Origin: a virus | Lineage: Duplodnaviria; Caudoviricetes | Reading direction: 5' to 3' (one strand) | Virus record (IMG/VR): IMGVR_UViG_3300025362_000477 | Length of the DNA: 64,000 nt | Shown here: in pieces, positions 10,108-19,300 of the stretch | Numbering within the stretch: the stretch's first letter is position 1 | Layout of the letters: every line of letters starts with the position of its first letter | Program-made: the position numbers and the translations under genes | Notes under the pieces: model-generated | Seen by the model: the letters and a program-made list of their open reading frames with translations, nothing else | What the model was told of the DNA's origin: nothing | Databases searched by the model: none

Positions 10108-10508
10108 TCAACTAGTTTACACTCAAATTCATACCCATCATCATCAACATAAGTAATCTTCAATTTTTCAACAACACCTATATTTTTACCATGACCATCA
10201 ATAATATCATTAGGAATCAATCGAATAACATCATCTCTTAAAGTCAGTCCATTTGTAGGTTCCCAATATCTTCGAGCAACAACCTCATCTATAAAATCTC
10301 CCAGATTTGTCGAACCACATGTCAACTCTTCTATATTAGATATAAAGTTAAGGAATCCTTCAGGATAGTATTCATCTCCATCACGCTGGATAGAAGCTTT
10401 CCATTCGAAATAATATTCTCTATAACCATGATACCCAGAAAGTATTATAAAATAAGAATCTCGGGATCTTTCAATAACCCTTTCTCTTGTGATGCTAATC
10501 TTTTTCAT
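10104..10508 (-). CDS. Hypothetical protein between the sbcD-like and sbcC-like genes
   Basis: 134-aa ORF with 4-nt overlaps on both sides. Confidence 0.65.
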   Translation of the reverse strand: MKKISITRERVIERSRDSYFIILSGYHGYREYYFEWKASIQRDGDEYYPEGFLNFISNIEELTCGSTNLGDFIDEVVARRYWEPTNGLTLRDDVIRLIPNDIIDGHGKNIGVVEKLKITYVDDDGYEFECKLVD

Positions 10509-11539
10509 TCAGTAACCCCCTTAGTAAGAATATCATATTTAGCCAGAAAGTCTAAATACTCAACACGATTTTCTTCTGGAATTTCTTTGATTTCCATATA
10601 CTTCTTTAATTGCTCCTCTCGAGTCTGAGTGATTTCAATACCTCGATTGGTAATATCAATCTCAACTGTCTCAACAACAAGTACCCCATCAGAAACTTCA
10701 TCTTTCAATTTCACACCAGACTTATTCTTGATCCGAACTAGATGTCCCTTATTTCTGGCAATTTCAGCCTTCTGTAGAATATCAGCTTTCTGTTCTATGG
10801 TTTCAATAGTATATTCTTTAAATTCTCGGAATCCAGTAATTGGAATCTGCTCAACCTCTAAAGTTTCAGTATCATAGATAAGAAACATCTTATGTTCATT
10901 TTTATCTCCCCAATCTCGATGATATATACTTCCAGCATAATAAATTCTCACATTATCATTTTTTAAATATTGAGGTGAATGATAATGCCCCAGAAGAGCA
11001 AGTTTGAATTTTTTCGATATATCATTCATTGTTATTTTATCAACACCACTCAATCCGGAAGCTAAATGAGCTTCATTCAATCCTAGATGAGAAATCAATA
11101 TATCAGTCGGTTCACAATCAATAATCTCATCCATAAAATTTTTAGTATGTGGGATATAAGTAATATTCCCAATAACCAATGGGCGATATGGAATACATTG
11201 CACATTTGGATATGCATCAAAAACAGAAATCGCGCTCTTCTGATTTTCTCCAACTGATGAATTATCATGATTTCCCGATATTATAGTAAAATTGATATCT
11301 GCATGTCTAATTAAAAATTCAGAAAATTGATTTTGTGCTACTGTATAAATAATAGACTTATCATTAATCAAATCACCCAAAATATCAATATCAATTATAT
11401 GTCTTTTCCGACATTCGCTAATTATAAATTCAAGGGTTTTCATGATCAGCCCCAACCGAATAGGTAAATTCAAATCATCTAACAAATCCGATTCAAATCC
11501 ACTAAGGTGGATATCACCCACTGCAGCTCTCTTTTTCAT
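10505..11539 (-). CDS. sbcD: Mre11/SbcD-like nuclease (T4 gp47-like)
   Basis: GDIH, LGDL, GNHD, ISHLG and GHYH metallophosphoesterase motifs; adjacent to the Rad50-like gene. Confidence 0.93.
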   Translation of the reverse strand: MKKRAAVGDIHLSGFESDLLDDLNLPIRLGLIMKTLEFIISECRKRHIIDIDILGDLINDKSIIYTVAQNQFSEFLIRHADINFTIISGNHDNSSVGENQKSAISVFDAYPNVQCIPYRPLVIGNITYIPHTKNFMDEIIDCEPTDILISHLGLNEAHLASGLSGVDKITMNDISKKFKLALLGHYHSPQYLKNDNVRIYYAGSIYHRDWGDKNEHKMFLIYDTETLEVEQIPITGFREFKEYTIETIEQKADILQKAEIARNKGHLVRIKNKSGVKLKDEVSDGVLVVETVEIDITNRGIEITQTREEQLKKYMEIKEIPEENRVEYLDFLAKYDILTKGVTE

Positions 11540-11598
11540 TAAGTTATTCCTTTTTGTGACGAATGAAATAAATATAATTAGAATTAAATCCTATCCCA

Positions 11599-11635
11599 CC
11601 ATACACCAAAACCTAATATTAGATCTGGTGTATGG
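11599..11635. terminator. Intergenic inverted repeat between the JAB gene and sbcD
   Basis: ccatacacca...tggtgtatgg, 10-bp arms. Confidence 0.4.
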
Positions 11636-11648
11636 ATTACGGATAAAT

Positions 11649-12599
11649 TTATTCCTCTTCTACTTCTATTTCTTTTTGTTTTCTCGATTCAAGTTTTTCA
11701 ACAACTTCTTCTTGGTCACATGATTCTAATTCACCTATATCAAAAATCTCCTCTACATCATCATCTGTAAGAATCATATTACATGAATCACATGCATAGG
11801 GGAATGTATCAATAATATTAGCTCCACCACAATGACGGCAAAGGAATATTCTATCTTCATCATCTTCTCGATCAAACCCAAAAGAATCTTGGGTGACATC
11901 TCGATCTTCAAAAGTTAGAATCCCATCTTCATCTCTGTCTCCTTCTGTGAGAAGTTTACCAAGACGATAATCTTTAGCTGTTGAAGAACTTCCACCCATA
12001 CTCTTTTTCTTAATCTTCATTAAGATAGTATCTGCATCTTCAATATTAAATACCGGATATTGAACATTGATAGTGAGAGGTAATTGAATTCTGATATCAC
12101 CGCAAGTAACGTTAATAATACCTAATATGATATTATTCCCTTCATACAAAATAGAAAATTCAAAATTTCTATTTATATGCATTGCATCAACACCACTGAA
12201 TTGTCTACATCCAGTTGGATGTCGATGTACTACTCCATTATAATCATCACCTGGAGGATCTTCCTCAAAATCAATTGCTCCTCCAGATACTTTCTGTTGA
12301 GGGATAAAATGTGAATCCGGATCTACATTTAATACTCCTCCCTCAAATTTCCCCTTTAGAAAAACACCAAACTCCAATCCACTCATTCCTTGTAATGCCA
12401 TATGTCGTTCAATGCTTCTCATAAAGATAACAATTCTCTGTGGCACATTACATACAATAGGAAGAGTAATTGGAACTAATGAATCTAAAGTCCAATGATC
12501 ACTCCCAGTAGTTGAAGAACTTTGAAGTGATTCTTCAGACACATCTTTCAGTTCAACATCTCCATCATCATCTACGTCAAAACCTAATTCTTTTATCAT
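11649..12599 (-). CDS. JAB/JAMM (MPN+) metallo-isopeptidase with a C-terminal zinc ribbon
   Basis: LEFGVFL (catalytic Glu), GVVHRHPTGCRQFSGVD (HxH-x7-S-x2-D), C-terminal CRHC...CDSC. Confidence 0.82.
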   Translation of the reverse strand: MIKELGFDVDDDGDVELKDVSEESLQSSSTTGSDHWTLDSLVPITLPIVCNVPQRIVIFMRSIERHMALQGMSGLEFGVFLKGKFEGGVLNVDPDSHFIPQQKVSGGAIDFEEDPPGDDYNGVVHRHPTGCRQFSGVDAMHINRNFEFSILYEGNNIILGIINVTCGDIRIQLPLTINVQYPVFNIEDADTILMKIKKKSMGGSSSTAKDYRLGKLLTEGDRDEDGILTFEDRDVTQDSFGFDREDDEDRIFLCRHCGGANIIDTFPYACDSCNMILTDDDVEEIFDIGELESCDQEEVVEKLESRKQKEIEVEEE

Positions 12600-13357
12600 T
12601 CGGATGCATTCCCTTCTAAATATTCTCGGTACAATGTAGCCACTATATCTCGAGTGTCTACTGTGAATGTTTTATTAATTCGACCTCTTAGATCGAAAGA
12701 TTCAATATTAGATATGTTATCCATACCAGGACGATTAAAATCCTCATCTAAGTCCTTCATAGCAACTGCATCAGTAACAACAATAGATGCAATCATTTGA
12801 GATGGTGCTATGAAAGAAGGAGTAAATGTGTAATTATTCGCTTCCCCCCACACAGCAGTATGTCTCGGATTCCCATCAATAGTCACTGATAAGCCATCAT
12901 AACCTACTTTATAATATTTACAATTAAACTGGTATAAATCTTCGTATACATCATCTCGACAATCTATGATTAACAGTTCATCTATTATCTCACCAATAGC
13001 ATGTCTATCAAAATTAATATCATTTTCTATACGAGATTTCATCATAGCTATTTGATTAGTACAAGTCTTATCTTTATATGTTATAACATCTACATTAGCC
13101 CTTCGTTCAAGAATCAGATATTTCAAAGCATCAACCTTTGGAAATCCAACATCACATAATCTGAATGGAGTCCTGTTAAGATTACTACTTTCTACTGAAT
13201 CTGGATCTATTAAATGAATTGTCTTAACTGTCCCACTCAATGCGAGATCTAAAGCAACCCAACTACCAATACCACCAACTCCAGCAATAACAGCATGTTG
13301 ATATGAATGAGTTCTAATATCTTCTTGCCGATTTTGAATTTCTGAATTTAAATTCAT
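12596..13357 (-). CDS. ThiF/E1-like activating enzyme
   Basis: VIAGVGGIGSWVA, IDPDSVESSNLNRTPF, PKVDAL, IIDCRDD. Confidence 0.92.
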   Translation of the reverse strand: MNLNSEIQNRQEDIRTHSYQHAVIAGVGGIGSWVALDLALSGTVKTIHLIDPDSVESSNLNRTPFRLCDVGFPKVDALKYLILERRANVDVITYKDKTCTNQIAMMKSRIENDINFDRHAIGEIIDELLIIDCRDDVYEDLYQFNCKYYKVGYDGLSVTIDGNPRHTAVWGEANNYTFTPSFIAPSQMIASIVVTDAVAMKDLDEDFNRPGMDNISNIESFDLRGRINKTFTVDTRDIVATLYREYLEGNASE

Positions 13358-15222
13358 TGTGTACCTCCAACTAAGTTAGTATCCCCTAACGAAAATGTCA
13401 TAGGAGCATATACTGGTGGTGGCGGAGGTGGAGTAAACACTAACTGCCGCTGTTCACCATTTTCATTAATTGTACTCAGATCATTAATTGATACTGATTC
13501 ATCCAATTCATATACAGAATCACCAAGAATAGCATCATCTTCCATATCATTAACCATATCATCAACAATATCATTCATTGAATAATTATCTCCTCTTAAT
13601 GGTTCCGTATTATTATGTGATGGGGATGTTTGAATCTCAGCTATGCTATCTCCATTATTATCATTTATTGTCACTATTCCCATTAGTTCGTTAACTTCTT
13701 CATCACTAATCTCTTCATCTTCATCATCATCTTCATCATCTCCAAGTTCTCTAATACTAGATGCATCACGGACTCGTTCAGCAATAGTTCGATCGTCAGT
13801 AGAAAATAATGACTCTTGGATTTCCGAAACGTCAAGTAAATGATCTCTTTTTTCGTTATGATAAGATGAATCATAATTGATCATGTCAAGCAACTCTTCT
13901 ACTCTAACTAATGATTCACCAAAATCAATATCAGCCTTTGTGAAATCAACAGATAGATTTCCCATACATACATCACTACCACTAACATTAGGATGGTCAC
14001 CCGTTGCTCTCATTTCCCCCTCTTGATTGATATATAATTTAGTTACGAGATAAGTTCTTTCTAATTCAGGAATTAGATATCTCTGATTCTTCCATACTAA
14101 ACTATCTGGTCTTATCTCAACTTCTTTACTCCACCACATTGAACTATCATCCCTACCATCGGCAAAACTAGGATCGCATGGCTCCCATCCAAACATTTCA
14201 AATTTTAAACCTATACGCATCCCTTTTGCGAATCCTCGTTTGAAAACATTTTTTTCTCGTTTACGTCTACTCGATATGAACGTAGATAAGATTCTGGAAT
14301 ATGAGTACTGATCATCAATACCAAATACAGTACCCTTAAATGCTGATTTTATTGATTCATCAATATATGAATCTACTCTAGCTTTAAATTCATCTAAGTC
14401 AGCATTCTCAGATGCATATCTATAAAATTGTCGATTATAACTATTATTATTAATCATTCGATTCATAGCTGATTGTTTTAATCGACCCCCTAGATCATTC
14501 TGGACTTCTCGTATATTCATATTAATAAATTGATCTAAAAATTTATGAAAACACATCAACAAATTTCTGAAACATTTTTTTACATCTTGATCATTATTCT
14601 GATTTAATATTTTTATTACTGCCTGCATCCTAAACATTAAAATTCCATTTGTTGTTGATACACCCAATAGGTAATTCTTATCGGAATAATAATAAAATTC
14701 ATTTATGCTATCTAAAATATTTGTCCGGTTTGATATACTCTCTTCTATCAATTTACGAACATCATTAAAATTTAACATATAGCCTTTAGCAGTTATCTTT
14801 CTTAAAACATTAATTCCATATTTTTTAGAAGCTATTCCATCAGTCCAATTTTTATTATATGAATTTGTCCAAAAATTTTCACTAGTATATTGACTATCTC
14901 GACTGCTATATAAACTATTATTAGATAAATTTCGAGGTGTGAAATCTGTAAATCGGATTGAAGAATAATGCCGTTCTTCATTGTTATCAACTAATGCTGA
15001 ATTAGTACCATTTCCTGAATCTGAAAATATTAATTTAGCTATCGGATTTATGGCTCCGTTACTGCTCATCTTATCAAAAGATATATTTGATTTCAAATCT
15101 TCAATTACTGGGTTTTCATCAAATATTTCTTTTAGTAATCTAATTAATCTATTCTGTGATTCAAATGATAATTTAGGGATTAATGAACATTGTGTAATAC
15201 GAAATCTATTTCTGTTAGACAT
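13354..15222 (-). CDS. Large protein with a putative E2/UBC-like domain and an acidic tail
   Basis: GDHPNVSGSDVCMG (HPN-x-C), LLDMINYDSSY; overlaps the ThiF start; D/E-rich and Pro-rich C-terminus. Confidence 0.55.
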   Translation of the reverse strand: MSNRNRFRITQCSLIPKLSFESQNRLIRLLKEIFDENPVIEDLKSNISFDKMSSNGAINPIAKLIFSDSGNGTNSALVDNNEERHYSSIRFTDFTPRNLSNNSLYSSRDSQYTSENFWTNSYNKNWTDGIASKKYGINVLRKITAKGYMLNFNDVRKLIEESISNRTNILDSINEFYYYSDKNYLLGVSTTNGILMFRMQAVIKILNQNNDQDVKKCFRNLLMCFHKFLDQFINMNIREVQNDLGGRLKQSAMNRMINNNSYNRQFYRYASENADLDEFKARVDSYIDESIKSAFKGTVFGIDDQYSYSRILSTFISSRRKREKNVFKRGFAKGMRIGLKFEMFGWEPCDPSFADGRDDSSMWWSKEVEIRPDSLVWKNQRYLIPELERTYLVTKLYINQEGEMRATGDHPNVSGSDVCMGNLSVDFTKADIDFGESLVRVEELLDMINYDSSYHNEKRDHLLDVSEIQESLFSTDDRTIAERVRDASSIRELGDDEDDDEDEEISDEEVNELMGIVTINDNNGDSIAEIQTSPSHNNTEPLRGDNYSMNDIVDDMVNDMEDDAILGDSVYELDESVSINDLSTINENGEQRQLVFTPPPPPPVYAPMTFSLGDTNLVGGTQ

Positions 15223-15247
15223 TACAACTCCAATTTAGTTTTAGGAA

Positions 15248-15280
15248 AATAGGGTGATAACGATATGCTATCACCCTATT
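15248..15280. terminator. Inverted repeat between the Ubl candidate and the E2-like gene
   Basis: aatagggtgata...tatcaccctatt, 12-bp arms. Confidence 0.45.
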
Positions 15281-15284
15281 GTAA

Positions 15285-15893
15285 TTAGGCAGCTTTGTTA
15301 TGCTTACGAATACTCAGAAACATCAGATGACCATCTTTAATCTCGACGTCTTTATCATTCGTTACTTTCTTATTCATTTTGATGTCATTCACTGTGAATG
15401 TTGTCATCTTATTATCAACTGCATATTTACGAATACATTTGATTACATCCTGTGATGTTTTAACCACATATTTCGGAGAGCCATTAATAACCATTAACTG
15501 CTCATCATTCTCAATGCGGATCTTACGACCATCAGGAGTTGTTACTTTCTTCATTGCCTTTTTCTTATGGCGAATATTAGAAACCCGATATCCAGCCATC
15601 TCTTTTTTAGATGCCTCTGGAAGTTCTCCCTTAGGTTTCTCGCCCTCGACAATAGTTGTCTTTGATTTATCATCTGCTTTCTTAACAGCTGTTTTGGCTT
15701 CACCCTTTGAATATAATGGGAATCTGCCAGATGAATTAACAATAACACTACCCGCTTTAACTGCTTCAGTTAGATCACTCATGATCTGTGCAGCTTTAGT
15801 ATATCCAATTGATTTAGCAAGTGCTGTTGCGCTCATACCATCTTTCTTTACGCCAGCTATGATCTTTTCCAACAATGTTTTCTTTGATGCCAT
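15285..15893 (-). CDS. N-terminal winged-helix domain plus candidate C-terminal ubiquitin-like (beta-grasp) domain ending in -NKAA
   Basis: MSATALAKSIG...GSVIVNSSGRFPLYS (wHTH pattern); C-terminal 70 aa show a strand-strand-helix-strand...strand pattern ending LSIRKHNKAA. Start taken at MASKK. Confidence 0.5.
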   Translation of the reverse strand: MASKKTLLEKIIAGVKKDGMSATALAKSIGYTKAAQIMSDLTEAVKAGSVIVNSSGRFPLYSKGEAKTAVKKADDKSKTTIVEGEKPKGELPEASKKEMAGYRVSNIRHKKKAMKKVTTPDGRKIRIENDEQLMVINGSPKYVVKTSQDVIKCIRKYAVDNKMTTFTVNDIKMNKKVTNDKDVEIKDGHLMFLSIRKHNKAA

Positions 15894-15894
15894 T

Positions 15895-16755
15895 TTAATG
15901 TTCCTCAACTTGTTTGTTTAATTTAAGTGGGATTATTTCTCCCGCTTCAGTTCCTAGTATATATGAATTACTATCGACTTTTGAAGTTGTGCTAGATGAT
16001 TGTTCATCTTCAACTTCTTTATCATTTATATAATCTGAAATTCTTTGATATTTAGCATCTCTATACTGACCAAATAATACTAAGGCAGTTTCATCATGCA
16101 ATAAATCATCAAATTCATCATCATCTATAATATCATATTCGTCGTCGTCATCTAACTCAAAATTTGAAATATCTAAATCATCCGTACTCGACTCAAATAT
16201 CTTATCTAACCCTTTATCTATTTTATCATCTATAGCTCTTGATCTTGTTAGGAGTGTATCTGAACACCCTTCTGCAAAAGATCTCCATTGTTTAAATTTT
16301 CCACCTGATTCTTTCTGATGTTTGGACGATAATTTAGTAATTGATTTTCTTAGGAAATTAAATAATTCAGATGCAGTTAATACATCTAAAGGATCCCCTA
16401 TAAAAATAATCTTCAATTCCGAATAAACATTTCCTTCTCTAGGTGTTCTCTTTATCAATGTCTTTGTTTGTGTTATTCTATTCACTGCCTTGATGAGATC
16501 CATCATCCACAGAGGAACAACATTTGCCTTAAATGATACACTTTCATATTCTTTAACTTCTAATAGATCAGAACTTCCTTCATTACCAGAATCCAATGCC
16601 AATACTTGACTCATTGATAGATGATGCTTTCTTAAAAGTTTCTGAGCCAATGCCATTGCATTAGCAGTTTCACCTATTGCCGCATTCGAACTTTCGTCAG
16701 CAACAGATAATAACTTCTGAATTTTCTGCAACACCGTATTATTTACATCGGTCAT
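15895..16755 (-). CDS. DUF2786-domain protein
   Basis: LQKIQKLLSVA...ETANAMALAQKLLRKHHLS N-terminus. Confidence 0.78.
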   Translation of the reverse strand: MTDVNNTVLQKIQKLLSVADESSNAAIGETANAMALAQKLLRKHHLSMSQVLALDSGNEGSSDLLEVKEYESVSFKANVVPLWMMDLIKAVNRITQTKTLIKRTPREGNVYSELKIIFIGDPLDVLTASELFNFLRKSITKLSSKHQKESGGKFKQWRSFAEGCSDTLLTRSRAIDDKIDKGLDKIFESSTDDLDISNFELDDDDEYDIIDDDEFDDLLHDETALVLFGQYRDAKYQRISDYINDKEVEDEQSSSTTSKVDSNSYILGTEAGEIIPLKLNKQVEEH

Positions 16756-16970
16756 ATTTCGGCCTTATATAATAATGAATCCCGAACACTTGAACTTTGC
16801 ATTAAATGCTTCTGGAACTTTCGTCCTTCATCAAATGCAGCTTGAAACTTTATCTGTAATAAATTATATACTTCTGATTCTTCTTTATTTAAATTAACGC
16901 TATCTTCAACTGCTTTTATTATAGTTTCAGTATCATCAGATACGTCATAGACAATTTGGAGTTTTGCCAT
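16752..16970 (-). CDS. Hypothetical protein
   Basis: 72-aa ORF overlapping the next gene's start. Confidence 0.6.
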   Translation of the reverse strand: MAKLQIVYDVSDDTETIIKAVEDSVNLNKEESEVYNLLQIKFQAAFDEGRKFQKHLMQSSSVRDSLLYKAEI

Positions 16971-16992
16971 ATAATCTCCTGTATAAAACTAT

Positions 16993-17730
16993 TTAACTTA
17001 TAACCATTCCATATATAAATTGTTGTGTAACTTTATTCCATGGTATGATGGCAAACCCATGAATCCCCCAACCACTTCCCCAACTATTCTGAATATAAAC
17101 TCCAATTGAATCATATCCACAAACCAATACAGCATGACCGCCGAGTTGTGCTGGAAATTCTATATCACCAATTCTTCCTTTTTTATCAACTCGATTCCAT
17201 TCATCAGTAATCATAAATCCAGCAACAAATGTTGTATGGGTATGAATGCAGAACTTAATAGAATCAATACTCTTCTTAACAAACTGTAAATTCCCCTTTA
17301 TCAACTTTAGATTTATAGCAGCTGTTCCAGTATACTCCAAACTAGTACCTGGGTTATCATTCCCTTCTATTTTCTTTGCTTCTTTATATATTGCATCACC
17401 ATCCAATTGTTCTGGATAATGTTTTTCTTTCCAATTCTTCACCTCAATCATCCCAGCAGTCGAGAATCCAGCACAATGAGGTGTTGATAATTGATTACTT
17501 GTTTTTATACACATATCTCTAAAATCTAATTTTATTGGTGCTATAAAATTAGATGGACTAGTAAAACTATTTTTCGCTGTTGCTAATGGACGATTTAATA
17601 TTAATCCCCCACCCGAAAAATTAGATGATTTAATCGGTATGAATTTTTTAATTATGAATCCGAACACTGCAATCTCCTGTAAATATTTTGTTTGTTTTCC
17701 ACCATGGATTATAATCTTCAAAATTATCAT
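16993..17730 (-). CDS. Papain-like C1 cysteine peptidase (start uncertain)
   Basis: NQLSTPHCAGFS (Q..C), GGHAVLVCGYD, IQNSWGSGWG. Confidence 0.88.
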   Translation of the reverse strand: MIILKIIIHGGKQTKYLQEIAVFGFIIKKFIPIKSSNFSGGGLILNRPLATAKNSFTSPSNFIAPIKLDFRDMCIKTSNQLSTPHCAGFSTAGMIEVKNWKEKHYPEQLDGDAIYKEAKKIEGNDNPGTSLEYTGTAAINLKLIKGNLQFVKKSIDSIKFCIHTHTTFVAGFMITDEWNRVDKKGRIGDIEFPAQLGGHAVLVCGYDSIGVYIQNSWGSGWGIHGFAIIPWNKVTQQFIYGMVIS

Positions 17731-17824
17731 CGTTCAATTGAGGATTAATATTATCTAATGGTGGTGTTGGTGTAAATTGACATGATGAACATACCAATAA
17801 TAAACTTAATATAATTATTTTCAT
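17648..17824 (-). CDS. Small lipoprotein-like ORF (58 aa)
   Basis: Manual translation MKIIILSLLLVCSSCQFTPTPP...; AGGAG RBS; hydrophobic leader followed by Cys. Confidence 0.35.
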   Translation of the reverse strand: MKIIILSLLLVCSSCQFTPTPPLDNINPQLNDDNFEDYNPWWKTNKIFTGDCSVRIHN

Positions 17825-17927
17825 ATAGATCTCCTTTTAATTTTTTCCGATGAAAAAAGATTAAATGTAAATATAATCGTTTTGGAATTCCTCAAGTTCT
17901 CATCTATAGAATAGGGAACTAAATAAT

Positions 17928-18641
17928 ATGAAAGCTATACATAATTTTTTAAACGAGTCGTTTCCAAATAATCCTTTTGATGTAATCATCAAAAATAAAT
18001 ACTATCCCCAAGGTTTGCGAGAGATTGATGTTTATGATTATTATATCCATAATAAAGATAACATCTTGAAATGGATCGGAAATCGTCAAGTCGCATTTAG
18101 AATCAGAGTCAATGAATCAAGTTCAGTCATAAGACGTAAAATTAATGGGAAACCAATTTATCTTACTAAATCTAATTTTGAACAAATCATACATGGTCGA
18201 GTTAATTCAATATATGTTGAACAACCAAAAATGACAAATTACTTTGTAATTGATATTGATCTGGGATCTAATCTAACAATGAAACATGCTATTGAAACTT
18301 CAAAAATTCTAATGTCAGAGTTCCATGGAAAATATGAATTGATCATGTCTAGTGATAAAGGTTTACATTATATTGGCCAAGTAAATAAAACTCAAAATAT
18401 AAACATTCTCCGATTAAAGATCCAACTTCTCTTAGAAGATAAAGTTGAATCTTTAAACGGAGAATCTAAAATAATATATACAGTCAATCGAAAAAATCGA
18501 AAGGTAAATACAATAAATTTTGATTTATCACCAATGTATGATAGATCTTTACATATAGCAAAGTATTCATTGACCAAGGAATTTTTAATTTCTGATGATC
18601 CTAAAAATGGACTTAAAAGGGTGAAAAGGAACAAGTCTTAG
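17928..18641 (+). CDS. Archaeo-eukaryotic primase/LigD polymerase-domain-like protein
   Basis: FVIDIDLG (DxD) and SSDKGLHYIG (SxxKGxH) AEP motifs; the only convincing long plus-strand gene in the window. Confidence 0.62.
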   Translation: MKAIHNFLNESFPNNPFDVIIKNKYYPQGLREIDVYDYYIHNKDNILKWIGNRQVAFRIRVNESSSVIRRKINGKPIYLTKSNFEQIIHGRVNSIYVEQPKMTNYFVIDIDLGSNLTMKHAIETSKILMSEFHGKYELIMSSDKGLHYIGQVNKTQNINILRLKIQLLLEDKVESLNGESKIIYTVNRKNRKVNTINFDLSPMYDRSLHIAKYSLTKEFLISDDPKNGLKRVKRNKS

Positions 18642-18685
18642 TATTTAGCCTTATCCACATTCCACCCTCTTTAAAGAACCATAAA

Positions 18686-19291
18686 CTATTCTTTTTCTAT
18701 CTCTACAGTAACCTCTTCCATAACTACATGGTGCCAAGGACAATATTTTTTACCATCAGCTCCAGCTACATAATAATTGAATAACCATGGTTTATCTCTT
18801 GGTCTATCATTACATTTAGGGCATTTATAATTAATACCTGGTTCTGCCTTGATATGACCTTTCTTGATTAATGGTTCATCGCCTCTCAAACTATGAAAGT
18901 CACCATCACTCATTCGTCCAATACATGAATCATCGTCACCATAATCTTCACCTCCACCCTGATGGATAACATATGTATATTTTGGCCAACATGAATCCCA
19001 ATCATGATTCCATGATGTTGAAATTAATATGTCATCACCATCAATACAGATATAAGTATCATAGTTACATGATGGGAATACAACTCCAGCTTCGCCAGAT
19101 TGTACATCTGCTAAATTACATAATATTTTTAATCTATCATTTTTCTTCTGTGCCTCATCTGTCATCTTACCAGTTTCGTCATCAGACATAACCAGTTTAT
19201 GCATAGCTAATGCTACTGCTTCAATAGAGCTCCCTCTGATAATGAAGCTACTAGATGAGCTATTACTCACAAAACCTCTCCTATCTTTCAT
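18686..19291 (-). CDS. SNSSS-leader family protein 5 (C-terminal CxxC...CxxH zinc-binding region)
   Basis: Starts MKDRRGFVSNSSSSSFII. Confidence 0.8.
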   Translation of the reverse strand: MKDRRGFVSNSSSSSFIIRGSSIEAVALAMHKLVMSDDETGKMTDEAQKKNDRLKILCNLADVQSGEAGVVFPSCNYDTYICIDGDDILISTSWNHDWDSCWPKYTYVIHQGGGEDYGDDDSCIGRMSDGDFHSLRGDEPLIKKGHIKAEPGINYKCPKCNDRPRDKPWLFNYYVAGADGKKYCPWHHVVMEEVTVEIEKE

Positions 19292-19300
19292 TTTTCCTCC

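Noticed and set aside
13680-13745. Repetitive tcatca/tcttca tract
   Set aside because: Encodes the Asp/Glu-rich tail of the E2-like protein; not a repeat array.
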